Source: Nitrospinaceae bacterium
GTDB taxonomy: Bacteria; Nitrospinota; Nitrospinia; Nitrospinales; Nitrospinaceae
Length of the DNA stretch: 64,000 nucleotides
Assembly: GCA_965237905.1 (NCBI GenBank)
Contig: OZ250172.1
Location: forward strand, 2,016,001 to 2,080,000
Direction of reading: 5' to 3'
Shown here in pieces: positions 49,792 to 60,210 of this stretch. The first letter of the stretch is position 1; each line of letters starts with the position of its first letter. Both the position numbers and the translations under genes were made by a program. The notes under the pieces are model-generated. The model was given only the letters and a program-made list of their open reading frames with translations. It did no database searches and was not told the DNA's origin.

Positions 49792-50028
49792 ATGGAGAAA
49801 AACTTCGAACCCTTAAAAGACCGGTTACGAATCATCTGCGACCGGTTGGACCCGGAGGAGCAGGTGTCTTTCCGTCCCTTGATCGACAACTTTACCGGAG
49901 CAACCTCGGAATTTCAGAGGATCATGCGCGATCTCGGAAAATACGGTGGGAAAATCGGCGAGGGTTCCACATTCGGCATTTACCGGGAAGTGCAAAACCT
50001 CTTCGATCAGGCCAACCGCGGGGAGTAG
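49792..50028 (+). CDS. Small hypothetical protein
   Basis: 78-aa helical ORF ending 6 nt before acyP. Confidence 0.65.
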   Translation: MEKNFEPLKDRLRIICDRLDPEEQVSFRPLIDNFTGATSEFQRIMRDLGKYGGKIGEGSTFGIYREVQNLFDQANRGE

Positions 50029-50034
50029 TCGTCC

Positions 50035-50310
50035 ATGAGTGATGCCGCGGCAGTTCATATGTTCGTTCACGGTCGCGTGCAGGGTGTGTTTTACCGGGCC
50101 AGCACGCAAAAAATGGCGGAAGGTCTGGGGTTGACCGGCTGGGTGAAAAATTGCCGCGACGGATCGGTGGAAATACGTGCCGAAGGCAACAAGGAAAAAT
50201 TGGAAGAGTTGGTTGCATGGTGCCGGCAGGGTCCTCCCTCGGCGGCGGTTTCCAATATGGATCTGAGCTGGATCGAGGCCGAAGGCCTGAGCTCTTTTGA
50301 TATTCGATAG
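50035..50310 (+). CDS. acyP: Acylphosphatase
   Basis: GRVQGVFYR, GLTGWVKN, DGSVE, GPPSA. Confidence 0.95.
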   Translation: MSDAAAVHMFVHGRVQGVFYRASTQKMAEGLGLTGWVKNCRDGSVEIRAEGNKEKLEELVAWCRQGPPSAAVSNMDLSWIEAEGLSSFDIR

Positions 50311-50320
50311 AAAGGGAGTC

Positions 50321-51094
50321 ATGTTACATATTCAAAATTTGGTCAAAAGTTATCAGAATTTGGAAGCCGTAAAAGGCATCAACCTGAAGGTTCCCGAGGG
50401 CGAGGTCTTCGGATTTTTGGGACCCAACGGTGCAGGCAAAACCACCACCATCAAAATGATCGTGGGACTGCTCAAGCCCACCTCCGGGACCATTTCCATC
50501 GGAGGGTTTGATATCGGCAGTCAATCCTCCGAGGCCAAATCCATTTTGGGATATATTCCAGACCGTCCTTTCATTTACGAAAAGCTGACCGGCCGTGAAT
50601 ACCTGGCGTTCATCGCCGATCTTTATAACATGGATGCCGCCGACGCCGCTGAACGGATCCAGAAGTACCTGGATTTTTTCGATCTCACCGAGGCCGGGGA
50701 CAAACTGGTCGAAGGGTATTCACACGGGATGAAACAGAAGCTGATCATATCCGGCGCCTTGCTGCACGATCCGAAATTGGTGGTGGTCGATGAACCGATG
50801 GTGGGATTGGACCCCAAGGGCGCGCGGCAGGTCAAGCAGTTGTTCCGCGACTTGTGCCAAAAGGGGACGTGCATTTTTATGTCCACCCATTCTCTCGGCA
50901 TCGCACAGGCGATGTGTGATCGCATCGGCATCATCCAAAAAGGCGAAGTCATCGCGCTGGGGACTCTGGGCGATTTGCGGAAACAGGCGGATCAAGATCA
51001 TGAGCATCTGGAAGATATTTTCCTGGAGCTGACCGGCGACACGCACCTGGAACAGTTGAGCGGCATGATGGCCGCTGCTTCACCCGCCTCATGA
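50321..51094 (+). CDS. ABC transporter ATP-binding protein
   Basis: GPNGAGKTT, YSHGMKQK, VVDEPMVGLDP. Confidence 0.92.
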   Translation: MLHIQNLVKSYQNLEAVKGINLKVPEGEVFGFLGPNGAGKTTTIKMIVGLLKPTSGTISIGGFDIGSQSSEAKSILGYIPDRPFIYEKLTGREYLAFIADLYNMDAADAAERIQKYLDFFDLTEAGDKLVEGYSHGMKQKLIISGALLHDPKLVVVDEPMVGLDPKGARQVKQLFRDLCQKGTCIFMSTHSLGIAQAMCDRIGIIQKGEVIALGTLGDLRKQADQDHEHLEDIFLELTGDTHLEQLSGMMAAASPAS

Positions 51095-51268
51095 GTGGAT
51101 AGTGCCAGAAAATTCCTGCTCCAACAATCCCCAAAAAAATTTAAGAAATGCGCGAAACAAGATGTCGCACTCAAAACCTTATGGTGTTAAGAAGAGACTG
51201 GACTCTTTTTTTTCTAAGTTAGATTTTGTGCGCTAAAAAGCTAAAAAATTATGCACTCCCGGAAGGAT

Positions 51269-51931
51269 TCATTGAATTGAATAACAGGGATGTCCGAAGG
51301 ACCTCCGTTGAATCGCATCCCGTCTTAATGGCAGTTCGACCGTTACCTTGGAATAATCCCTTGGTTTGGAAAGGGACTGTAATAATGCAATCACCGCATT
51401 GATTTCCATGTCGGATAATTGAATCGGAGAAAGATGGGCCACCGGGCAGATGGACTGCATGGGATTTTTTTTGCTTTCATAACCCTCCACGATATAGCAA
51501 CTGGGGCATTTCAAGGATTCCCGTAAATATTCCTCACCTGTATTAGCTCCTTTTCTGATACCAGTAGAGGTGTCCAGTTTGCCGACGGTTATCGGGAAGG
51601 TCATGTATCTCCATTCTTTGATGCGTTGATGGCTTCTTTCTTCAATGCCAAACAGGTTGGGTCCGCGGGCTTTGATATTACTTGGTTCGAATTGATGGCA
51701 TAAATTGCATTGCCCTTTTCCCGTTGAGAACCCCGAGGTACGTGTGATCCGGCCGCCAAAAATCAGGGTCACTCCCCATGAGGCAAACTCCTTGGCGCTT
51801 ACCCGTTCCGTGGATTTCGGATCAAATAGACAATCGTTGTTCCCCCAGGCCGGGTGAGCCAGAAGTCCTGAGATGAAAATAAAAAAGAATCCTGTGAGCC
51901 TAGCACCTTTATAGAAATTTATCATTTTCAT
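51269..51931 (-). CDS. Exported c-type cytochrome
   Basis: Signal peptide; heme motif GKGQCNLCH; RGPNL, EEYLRESLKCPSCYIV; start uncertain. Confidence 0.75.
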   Translation of the reverse strand: MKMINFYKGARLTGFFFIFISGLLAHPAWGNNDCLFDPKSTERVSAKEFASWGVTLIFGGRITRTSGFSTGKGQCNLCHQFEPSNIKARGPNLFGIEERSHQRIKEWRYMTFPITVGKLDTSTGIRKGANTGEEYLRESLKCPSCYIVEGYESKKNPMQSICPVAHLSPIQLSDMEINAVIALLQSLSKPRDYSKVTVELPLRRDAIQRRSFGHPCYSIQ

Positions 51932-52140
51932 TTTTTGTTTTAAGGGGTCGTGATCCACCTTGTGGTTAAGGAAAACCCGGGATCTGTAACTCAAGGAATA
52001 GGAGGCCGGGTCTCAATGAAAGCCTGAATATCAGTTTAGCAATTGGTGGAAGCCCTGTCAAAAACCAGCCCTATCGTTGAAAAGAGGTCAAAACTCTTCT
52101 TATTTTGACCGCCCCATAAATGAAACAACTTTAATATTTG

Positions 52141-52204
52141 CTCCGCGTTCTCTGCGCCCTCTGCGGTGCCAAATCCCCCCGGCCCCCTTCAGGAAGGGGG
52201 GGGT
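52141..52204. repeat. Short REP-like repeats
   Basis: CTCCGCG/CTCTGCG/CTCTGCG direct repeats and a CCCCCTTC-ag-GAAGGGGG hairpin. Confidence 0.55.
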
Positions 52205-53406
52205 TATTCAGTCTTGGGTGCTTCCCGTAAAATTCCTGATGCATCTTGTTTAGAATTGCCGCGCTTGATTTTGAGGCGCACCGTGTCGCCGAAATTACGT
52301 TTTTGCAGTTGAGCGGCTAAATCCTCCACGTCGGTCAGTTCGTTTCCGTCCAGCGCCAATAACACGTCATCTTTGTGCAGGTTCATTCTTTCTGCGTTGG
52401 ACCCTTTCTCCACTTTCAGGACCTTGAGCCCGTTCTTCAATTCCTCCAGAAAAACTCCGAGCCGGATACGATTGGGCGGCGGCACGATGTAGGACACTTT
52501 CCAACCGAAGTCCGACGCATACAATGGAATAGACACGTTTTTCATTTTCATTTCACGGTTCTTCAATGCCTTGGGAATTTCCGTGACCGCGGGCAGGATG
52601 ATTGAATAAGCATGCGGCACGCGCCGAAAGGCACGCTTGGGAATGCCGTAACCGTACTGCACATGAAACCCCCCGGCCAACACAATCAGTTTGCGGTTCT
52701 TATTCGTTTCGCTCTTCAAAAAATTCGCTACGGTTTCAGCCATCGACTCCTCCCACAGCAGGAGCATCTGGTACGGTTTGGAGACCGCCTCGGTATGCGT
52801 GTCGTTGCCGCCGAATAAGGACATCGAATAGGCCTGGTGATATTCATCTTCCGTATCGATTTCCGGCAGGCCTTCCTGGCTGGGTCCGCCGTCACGGAAT
52901 TTTTGCTCCAGGGCGCGCGAGGATTTCAATCCGATCAACGGGATGGATTTTTCTTTTAGGTACTCGAAGATGGGCTGGTACAGTCCGTAGCCCCGGCCCC
53001 AGTTCTTTCGGAACAGTTTGCGGAATTGTTTATCGGTCAAATGTCCCCGGTGCCAGCGGTTCAGATCGTCCTGAGCGGAGCGGCGGAACATTTCCATGCC
53101 CACAGAAATTTGGCCTGGAAATTTTTCCTGCAGGCGGCGAATGATTTCCAGTTGAATCCGGTGCGCTTCGAGATTGTCGTGCGTTTCACCGATATAGATA
53201 ACGCGTGACCCGGAGACGGTATCGATCATCTGCTCCACCGAAACGGTCAATCCGGTCGGCAGGTGCAGAATTTCTCCTGCTTTCAGTTTGTCCAAATTCC
53301 TATAGGGAGAACCCTGATTGGGGACTGCGTATTCCTCCGCCCCGGCGGGGGCAAAGAATCCGGCCATTAGGACCAGAAGGATGCCTGTCAGTGGGATCGT
53401 TTTCAT
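52204..53406 (-). CDS. ChaN-family (Tiki/EreA superfamily) exported protein with a C-terminal PDZ domain
   Basis: IYIGETHDN, GMEMF, WEESMAE, LAGGFH; PDZ-like LGVFL...GSNAE...DVLLALDG. Confidence 0.82.
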   Translation of the reverse strand: MKTIPLTGILLVLMAGFFAPAGAEEYAVPNQGSPYRNLDKLKAGEILHLPTGLTVSVEQMIDTVSGSRVIYIGETHDNLEAHRIQLEIIRRLQEKFPGQISVGMEMFRRSAQDDLNRWHRGHLTDKQFRKLFRKNWGRGYGLYQPIFEYLKEKSIPLIGLKSSRALEQKFRDGGPSQEGLPEIDTEDEYHQAYSMSLFGGNDTHTEAVSKPYQMLLLWEESMAETVANFLKSETNKNRKLIVLAGGFHVQYGYGIPKRAFRRVPHAYSIILPAVTEIPKALKNREMKMKNVSIPLYASDFGWKVSYIVPPPNRIRLGVFLEELKNGLKVLKVEKGSNAERMNLHKDDVLLALDGNELTDVEDLAAQLQKRNFGDTVRLKIKRGNSKQDASGILREAPKTE

Positions 53407-53504
53407 GGGGTTTTAGCGCGGCCTCCGAAATTGAACGAGTATTCAGGTCATTAAATCATGATATCAAAGGTTTAGGGAGAACTCCTCATCAGGAAAAGGA
53501 TGGC

Positions 53505-53533
53505 TTGACATCAAATCGGACATAGTCAATAAT
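53505..53533 (+). promoter_or_regulatory. Sigma-70 promoter of rpsU
   Basis: TTGACA-N17-AATAAT. Confidence 0.65.
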
Positions 53534-53630
53534 ACCAGATTCGTGCCATTTCCCAATGTGATACCCTTTATAAAAGGGGGTTCCATAGGGGATTTCATTT
53601 TAAACGCTCTTGAAAGGGGTTGTTTTACTT

Positions 53631-53822
53631 TTGGAAGTTACCGTACATCAAAATCAGGTTGATAAAGCATTAAAAGCGCTCAAGCGGCAAATGACCAAGG
53701 AAGGCTTGTTGAAGGAATTGAAGCGGCGCCGGTTTTACGAAAAACCTTCGGTCAAAAAGAAGCGCAAACAGAAAGAAGCCAAAAAGAAAAGAAAATCGGC
53801 CATGCGCCGCAGTTTTTCTTAA
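53631..53822 (+). CDS. rpsU: 30S ribosomal protein S21
   Basis: KALKALKRQ...ELKRRRFYEKPSVKKKRK; probable TTG start. Confidence 0.93.
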   Translation: MEVTVHQNQVDKALKALKRQMTKEGLLKELKRRRFYEKPSVKKKRKQKEAKKKRKSAMRRSFS

Positions 53823-53845
53823 CTTGGAATCAGGCTGAACGATCC

Positions 53846-53878
53846 AACGGCAGAGGGTTTCCCTCCGCCGTTTTTTTT
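53846..53878 (+). terminator. Intrinsic terminator of rpsU
   Basis: AACGGCAGAGGG-ttt-CCCTCCGCCGTT followed by a T-run. Confidence 0.85.
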
Positions 53879-54650
53879 ATGGCTTTGGGTTCGAACCGGA
53901 CCCCGCCCGTTGCTTGTGTATTTCGTAGAACACGATGGCCGCGGCAGTCGATAAATTTAAGGAATCCAACTCTCCGGCCATGGGAATGGACACAGTGAAG
54001 TCGCAGGCTTTTTTCAGTATCGGCCGCACGCCTTTTTCTTCACCACCGATGATCAGGGCCACCGGTGTGTTGAAATCAAATTCATAACAGGCTCGGTCCC
54101 CTTCCATATCCACCCCGACAATCCAGAATCCTTTTTCCTTTAAAGTTTCCGCCCCCTGATTCAGGTTGGCAACACAGGCGATGGGAAGCGATTCGATCGC
54201 CCCGGCGGAGCATTTCGCGACGGTTTCGTTGAGAGGTGCCGACCGGTGCTTCGGCAATACCAGTCCCTGCAATCCCAGCACCCACGCCGACCGGATCAGG
54301 GCCCCCAGGTTTTGCGGATCCTGAATTTCGTCCGCCAGCACCAGAGCCGGATGGGAGCAGGACTGATAAGCCTGTTCGATCAATGTTTCCAGCTCAAGGG
54401 TTTGGAGTGGAGAAAAATAACCGACGATGCCCTGATGAGTGAGCTTTCCATATTTTTTGCGGAATGCCTCGGGTGGCAGGGTCTCCACACGGGTTTGGTG
54501 GGTTTCTGCCAATTCCAGGAGAGACGCCAGCCGAGCTGGAGGTTTCCCTTTTTCCAGGACGATTTTGTAGCATTCCCGTTTCCCCAGCGCCAGAGCCTGC
54601 TGGAGAGGGTGAACGCCGTAAACCATTTCTTGCTTCTTTTTTTCACTCAT
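53877..54650 (-). CDS. rlmB: 23S rRNA (guanosine-2251-2'-O)-methyltransferase
   Basis: HQGIV, QDPQNLGALIRSA, KCSAGA, GGEEKG, IPM...SLNLS SPOUT motifs. Confidence 0.93.
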   Translation of the reverse strand: MSEKKKQEMVYGVHPLQQALALGKRECYKIVLEKGKPPARLASLLELAETHQTRVETLPPEAFRKKYGKLTHQGIVGYFSPLQTLELETLIEQAYQSCSHPALVLADEIQDPQNLGALIRSAWVLGLQGLVLPKHRSAPLNETVAKCSAGAIESLPIACVANLNQGAETLKEKGFWIVGVDMEGDRACYEFDFNTPVALIIGGEEKGVRPILKKACDFTVSIPMAGELDSLNLSTAAAIVFYEIHKQRAGSGSNPKP

Positions 54651-54865
54651 GGGTTTCGATGGCTGGTGAATTTAAATCTGGCGCAGTACCCCAAACAGGC
54701 TTGCAGGCAATTGAAACTTAATGATATAGTGAAAGTTAACGAAATTCTCTCGTATCCAAGCTTGCCGGTCGGTAAGAAATTACCACAATCCTTCCAAAAT
54801 GTGGTCTTCTAACTGAGAGATTTCAAGGATCTTGAAGCGTGTATCCCCTGTTTCCCTAAAATTAA

Positions 54866-57800
54866 ATGGCTATTTCCAAAAGAAAACTGATTTATCCGAT
54901 TTTTGCCACGCTGGTGTTCTTGGGCCTTCTGGTAATTACAGTGTTTTACATCCAGTTAAAGGACTTTGAAGCTCTGCGTGACGCAGTGGTTGAGCAAATC
55001 CACGCGGAAACCCAGAGGGACGTGCAAATTAGTTCCGCACAACTGGATTTTACGGAAGGCATCGGGTTGCAGTTGGGTGAGGTGACGCTTAAGGGTTCTT
55101 CCGTACAGCAATCAGATTTTGTCTGTAAAAAAGTTCTGGTACTGTTGCACCTGCCTCCTCTGTTGAAAGGGGAGATCAAAATCCAAAAACTCATTTTTGA
55201 AGGCCTGACGGTACAAGTCACCCGCGACGACCAGGGAGCCTTTAATTTTGGTGAACTTTCTGCCGTGGAGGCAAACCATTCCAGTGCCACTTTTCCCGAT
55301 TTGATCCGGGCGGCCATGTTGCACAGTGTGTTGGTCCGGAAGAGTGAGTTGTGGTTTGTGGATCATTCTATTTTTTCCGGTTCCAAGCCTTTGATCACCA
55401 AGATCAAAAACTTTTCCCTTTCTCTCAACAAACACTTTATGAAGTCGTCGCTCCGGATGCATTTGGATGGCGATGTTCCTTTCACAAAGCAGGAAAGCGG
55501 AAGAGTCAAGCTGGACGGAAAACTAGAGGTGCCCGAAGATTGGTCCAGCCTTTCTCAAGTGGCCGTGGAAGGAGCCCTGCAGTTCAAGGATGTGGGTACC
55601 GAGCCGTTTCAACCCTATCTGGCAAAGGTGTTCGAGCAACACCCGGGAGAGCATCTCGTTACTCTCGACACCCGATTTGCAGGCACGTTGGATGGTCACA
55701 TCCAGTTGTCCGGCTCTCTGAAGCATACGCCGCGGGTGCCGACCCTCCAACCGGGTCCTTCCAAAATATCCTCGCCCGTTCACGGAAGCCTCGACTATAA
55801 CTTTATTTTCAGCCAGGACACTGTGGAGTTCAAGCAATTGGATTACCGGTCAGAGGATTTTTTCCTGATGATTCATGGAACCTATGCCCGTTTTCTTTCT
55901 GACAAAGCCTGGCTGACGGCTACCTTGAAATCGGCTCCCTTCAAAATCCAAAACAGCACAGAATATCTCCCCTTGAAAGTATTCAGCAGGGAAATTCACG
56001 ACCGACTACACGGCTTTTTAAAAAAAGGTGAAATGGAATTCGTCTCCTTTAATATTAAAGGACCGCGGACTATTTTTGAAGGCAGGCCCAATGCGGAAAT
56101 CGAAGCCTACGATTCGGGTTCGATCATCCTGCGCCAGGTGGATTTGGGAGCGGATGCGTTGCCCTTGAAAGGTGTGACGGGGGGTATTCAGTTTAAGGAC
56201 GGGGTTGTGAACGTAGAGGTGCAGGAAGCGCATTATGAACATGTCGCGATAAAAAATTTGGTGGGTACCATCACGCACCCATTGACGGATCCTTGGGTCA
56301 CAGGAACTCTGGAGGTAGAAGGAGCTTTGGCGCCCGTGGCTCTTTTGATTGAGAAAAAGTGGACATTGCCTCCGCGATTGTCCTTTCTAAAAGATCTCAA
56401 ACGTATTCAAGGAGTCAGTCACGGCAAACTCGTCATCCAGGGCCCGCTCCATAAAATGGGAAAAATCAAGTGGTCGGGAAACGTTTCCCTCGAACATGCC
56501 GGGTTTATCACAAAGGGATTACCCGCCCCGGTTCACAATATCAATGGTAATGTTCTTTTCACCAGGATGATCTCACCGGCCACCGATTCGATAAAAAATG
56601 CAAAACCGGGACCTGTCTGGACCCTCCGGTTTGAAAATTTTAACGGGGAACTTGGAAGCCATTATTTCAGGGAGATCAACGCGGAATCTTTGATAGAAAA
56701 CGGTGTCCCGGTGAAGAAGGTGCGGGGCAAAATTCAGCTGGGCGCGCTGAAGGCCGAGCAGGTGATTTCCACACCGTTTGAAGGCAGAATCAAATCGTTT
56801 CTCAAGCATGTTCTGCTTGAAAGCGGAGAGGTTGATTTTAATTTCCAAAACACAGGGCCCGGCCCGGGAAATCAACAGTCTCAAAACCGGGGTTCTCTGG
56901 AAATCAAAAAACTGTATCTGAAACATTCCAAAGGATTCCGCCCACTGAAGAACCTGAACGCCACAGTGTTGTTTGACGACCACAACATTGACCTGGAAAC
57001 GACCGGGGGTTGGTATGGCGATTCCCCCCTTGAGCTCAAGGGTCAATTCAAAAACTATTCCAAGGACGATCCGGAGCTGGTTTTGACAGCCCGTTCCACG
57101 GATTTTTTGAGACAGGACTTTGCCGGGATCCCCTTTCTGGAAACCCTCGAGTACCAGGGTCCTGCAAAAGTGGATTTGAAATTCCACTGCACCGATAAGT
57201 TCATAAAGCTGAAAAAGAAGGTGGACCTGACCCGGGTTTCGTACCGGTACGAAAATTTTATCATCAAACCTGAAAACGTTTCAAACTCCATCGCAATCTC
57301 CGCCACGCTGGATTCAGAAGGGAAAGTTGATTTTAAGAAAGTGGTCTTCGAGTTGGAGGGAAGCCAGGTGACCGGAAAAGGGTTTTTGAAAAGCATGGAC
57401 GACCCGCAGTTTTCCATCCAGTTTGGATCGGACCATTTCAAAACCTGGCCCGCTTCGCAATACATCCGCCCTCTTCAAGGATCGTTGGGAGGCCATGCCC
57501 ATTTTCATATTTCGGCGCAAGGCAACTTCAGAAATCTGGAAGAGGCGGTGCTTCAAGGAAGCGTTCGTTTGAAGGGGATCGAGTACAAGCCCGATGATTT
57601 TCTCGTTCCCATCAAGCTCAATGCGGATATGAAATTCAAGAATAAACATTTCCAAATTCGTAATGGAAAGCTGGAGGCGAAAGGTTCCAAGATATTTTTT
57701 GGTGGGGATTATCAAGGGGGAGAAGCTCCTCATGTAACACTCAAGCTGGTGGGACCGGGCCTGGATTTGAATCAAATGGTCTCCAAAGAAGGAAAACCTT

Positions 57801-58711
57801 CAAAGGGGTTTTTACACTGGTTGGGCGAAACCCGGGTGTTTTCCAAAGGGTCGGGGGAAATTGAAATCAAACTCAACCGGTTTGCCCATAAATTCTGGAC
57901 TCTGCCTGAGGTAACCGGCAAACTCACTTTCAAGGATCAGATCCTGCAAACCAAGAACCTGACTCTCGGCCAGGCCAAGATTGATAAGGTTATGCTTATG
58001 GGTGAATTGTCTCTTGCCGATATTCAAAATCCCTCCTTTGATACGGTTCTGATCTCTCGCGGTGTTCCGATCGACAAACTGTTTGCCATGTTTGGAGATA
58101 CGTTTCATGCGTCGTTGACTGGGAATACGGTTTGGTTAAAGGCTCACATCCATGGACGGGGCGGAGATCTAAAAAAAATCACCCAAAGTTTGGAGGGTCG
58201 GTTATCCTTCAACTTGAAGGACGGTCGTATTCATACCGGAAGATTGTTAAATGGCGCGGTGAAACTGTTTGGAATTTCCGTCGACCCAAGGACGGTGGCC
58301 GAGAGAGCCGGAAAACCTAATAACGGCTATATGCAGATTTTCGGGAATTTTTCCATATTAAATGGCGTGGCGCATACGGAAAAATTTTTGTACGAGGAAA
58401 AGGGAGAACGCTTGTCCCTGGTCGGAGCCTTTGATCTCAATACCAGTCGAATGGGTACCGTGGTGGGGGTCGCTCCTTTTCGCCGGGTGGGCCGCATTAT
58501 AAAACAGATTCCCATCTTGGGCCCCATTATGACCGGTGGCAAAGAAGGGAGCCTGATCACGACCTATTATAAAGTCGAAGGTCCCTTCAACGATCCCAAA
58601 GTCGAATCGGTTCCCTTTAAATCCATCAGCGAAAAAGTATTGGGCACCCTGGAAGGGGTCATCATCGCCCCAAGCGAACTCTTTTCCAGTCAGGAACCTG
58701 TCACTGAGTAA
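54866..58711 (+). CDS. AsmA-like (YhdP/AsmA_2) large periplasm-spanning protein
   Basis: N-terminal TM anchor, long beta-rich body, C-terminal IPILGPI...YYKVEGPFNDPKV. Confidence 0.85.
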   Translation: MAISKRKLIYPIFATLVFLGLLVITVFYIQLKDFEALRDAVVEQIHAETQRDVQISSAQLDFTEGIGLQLGEVTLKGSSVQQSDFVCKKVLVLLHLPPLLKGEIKIQKLIFEGLTVQVTRDDQGAFNFGELSAVEANHSSATFPDLIRAAMLHSVLVRKSELWFVDHSIFSGSKPLITKIKNFSLSLNKHFMKSSLRMHLDGDVPFTKQESGRVKLDGKLEVPEDWSSLSQVAVEGALQFKDVGTEPFQPYLAKVFEQHPGEHLVTLDTRFAGTLDGHIQLSGSLKHTPRVPTLQPGPSKISSPVHGSLDYNFIFSQDTVEFKQLDYRSEDFFLMIHGTYARFLSDKAWLTATLKSAPFKIQNSTEYLPLKVFSREIHDRLHGFLKKGEMEFVSFNIKGPRTIFEGRPNAEIEAYDSGSIILRQVDLGADALPLKGVTGGIQFKDGVVNVEVQEAHYEHVAIKNLVGTITHPLTDPWVTGTLEVEGALAPVALLIEKKWTLPPRLSFLKDLKRIQGVSHGKLVIQGPLHKMGKIKWSGNVSLEHAGFITKGLPAPVHNINGNVLFTRMISPATDSIKNAKPGPVWTLRFENFNGELGSHYFREINAESLIENGVPVKKVRGKIQLGALKAEQVISTPFEGRIKSFLKHVLLESGEVDFNFQNTGPGPGNQQSQNRGSLEIKKLYLKHSKGFRPLKNLNATVLFDDHNIDLETTGGWYGDSPLELKGQFKNYSKDDPELVLTARSTDFLRQDFAGIPFLETLEYQGPAKVDLKFHCTDKFIKLKKKVDLTRVSYRYENFIIKPENVSNSIAISATLDSEGKVDFKKVVFELEGSQVTGKGFLKSMDDPQFSIQFGSDHFKTWPASQYIRPLQGSLGGHAHFHISAQGNFRNLEEAVLQGSVRLKGIEYKPDDFLVPIKLNADMKFKNKHFQIRNGKLEAKGSKIFFGGDYQGGEAPHVTLKLVGPGLDLNQMVSKEGKPSKGFLHWLGETRVFSKGSGEIEIKLNRFAHKFWTLPEVTGKLTFKDQILQTKNLTLGQAKIDKVMLMGELSLADIQNPSFDTVLISRGVPIDKLFAMFGDTFHASLTGNTVWLKAHIHGRGGDLKKITQSLEGRLSFNLKDGRIHTGRLLNGAVKLFGISVDPRTVAERAGKPNNGYMQIFGNFSILNGVAHTEKFLYEEKGERLSLVGAFDLNTSRMGTVVGVAPFRRVGRIIKQIPILGPIMTGGKEGSLITTYYKVEGPFNDPKVESVPFKSISEKVLGTLEGVIIAPSELFSSQEPVTE

Positions 58712-58737
58712 TATTGGTTTTACATTCTTGAAATAAA

Positions 58738-59007
58738 CTAGAGCGAAGTGATGTTGACGATCTGAATATCCTGTGGGGCCTTGCCCAGATGATGAGCGAG
58801 AGCGGCATGAATGGCGGCGATATGGTCTTCGTCTTGAGAATATCCCGCCGCCGCAGGGGCTTGAGCTCTGGGTGGAGGGGCGGGTGGAGCCGTGTAGGGC
58901 AGGAAGTGGACCAGCACCCTAATCACGCCGATCAAAATTCCCAGCACCAGGAAAATGACCGCCATGGCCAGAATGGAAACTTGGATCGGCTCAATGAGGG
59001 ATGGCAT
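58738..59007 (-). CDS. oadG: Na+-translocating decarboxylase gamma subunit
   Basis: One TM helix (MAVIFLVLGIL), Pro/Ala linker, IAAIHAALAHH. Confidence 0.85.
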   Translation of the reverse strand: MPSLIEPIQVSILAMAVIFLVLGILIGVIRVLVHFLPYTAPPAPPPRAQAPAAAGYSQDEDHIAAIHAALAHHLGKAPQDIQIVNITSL

Positions 59008-59010
59008 GAT

Positions 59011-60210
59011 TTACTGCCCCAGCGATGTGGTAATTGTTTGGAGGGTTTCGACAGCGGCATGTCCGGTGCTGGCATCGCCCGACCCGTACAGGGATAAAAA
59101 CACCCCCGCCGCCACCGCGCTTCCGATCACTCCCGCCACATTGGGGCCCATGGCATGCATGAGCAGAAAATTGGATTTATCGGCTTCCTGACCCACCTTT
59201 TGTGACACCCGCGCGGCCATGGGCACGGCCGACACACCTGCCGAACCGATCAGTGGATTGATCTTCCCCTTGGAAACGATGTACATGAGCTTGCCGAACA
59301 ACACCCCACCAGCGGTGGCCATGCAGAACGCCAGCAGTCCGAGGATGATGATCTTGATGGTACTCAGGGTTAAAAACGATTCCGCCGTCATCGACGAACC
59401 CACCGCCAGTGCCAGCAGAATGGTGACGATATTGATCAAATGGGTCTGTGAGGTTTCATGCAGGCGCGCCGTCACTCCCGATTCCCGAAACAGATTGCCC
59501 AGCATCAGCATGCCCAGTAAAGGGGCGACGCCGGGAAGCATCAACACCACGATCACGGTCGCGGCGATGGGGAAAATGATTTTAACCGTCTGCGAAATGG
59601 GTTTCAATTGCTCCATCTTGACCGCGCGTTCTTTTTCCGTGGTGAGGAAGCGCATGATGGGCGGTTGAATAAGCGGTACCAGCGACATGTAGGAATAAGC
59701 CGCTACCGCAATGGGACCCAATAAATGGGGCGCCAGTTTAGCCGCCAGGAAAATCGACGTCGGCCCGTCCGCACCACCGATAATACCGATAGCGGCGGCT
59801 TCCTGCATGTTGAATCCCAGCGCAAACGCCCCGATGAGTGTCGTATAAACTCCGATCTGTGCCGCCGCACCCAGACACAAGGTTTTCGGGTTAGCCAGCA
59901 GGGGACCGAAATCGGTCAACGCCCCGACACCCAGGAATATCAACGGGGGCAGAATTTCATGCCTCACCCCGAAATAGAAAAAGTTGAACAATCCGCCGTC
60001 ATCCGTATTGGCCAGCATACTGAGTGGCAGGTTGGCCAGCAAACAACCGAAACCGATGGGAAGCAGGAGCAAGGGCTCGAACTTTTTCCAAATGGCGAGG
60101 TAGGTCAAAACAAACGCAATAAGAATCATTACTCCCTGACCGGGCTCGATAGCAATAAACCCGGTGGAGTGGAAAATTTTACTGACCGCATCCTGAAAAC
60201 TAAAATCCAT
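59011..60210 (-). CDS. oadB: Na+-translocating decarboxylase beta subunit
   Basis: [44 protein letters not shown]. Confidence 0.96.
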   Translation of the reverse strand: MDFSFQDAVSKIFHSTGFIAIEPGQGVMILIAFVLTYLAIWKKFEPLLLLPIGFGCLLANLPLSMLANTDDGGLFNFFYFGVRHEILPPLIFLGVGALTDFGPLLANPKTLCLGAAAQIGVYTTLIGAFALGFNMQEAAAIGIIGGADGPTSIFLAAKLAPHLLGPIAVAAYSYMSLVPLIQPPIMRFLTTEKERAVKMEQLKPISQTVKIIFPIAATVIVVLMLPGVAPLLGMLMLGNLFRESGVTARLHETSQTHLINIVTILLALAVGSSMTAESFLTLSTIKIIILGLLAFCMATAGGVLFGKLMYIVSKGKINPLIGSAGVSAVPMAARVSQKVGQEADKSNFLLMHAMGPNVAGVIGSAVAAGVFLSLYGSGDASTGHAAVETLQTITTSLGQ

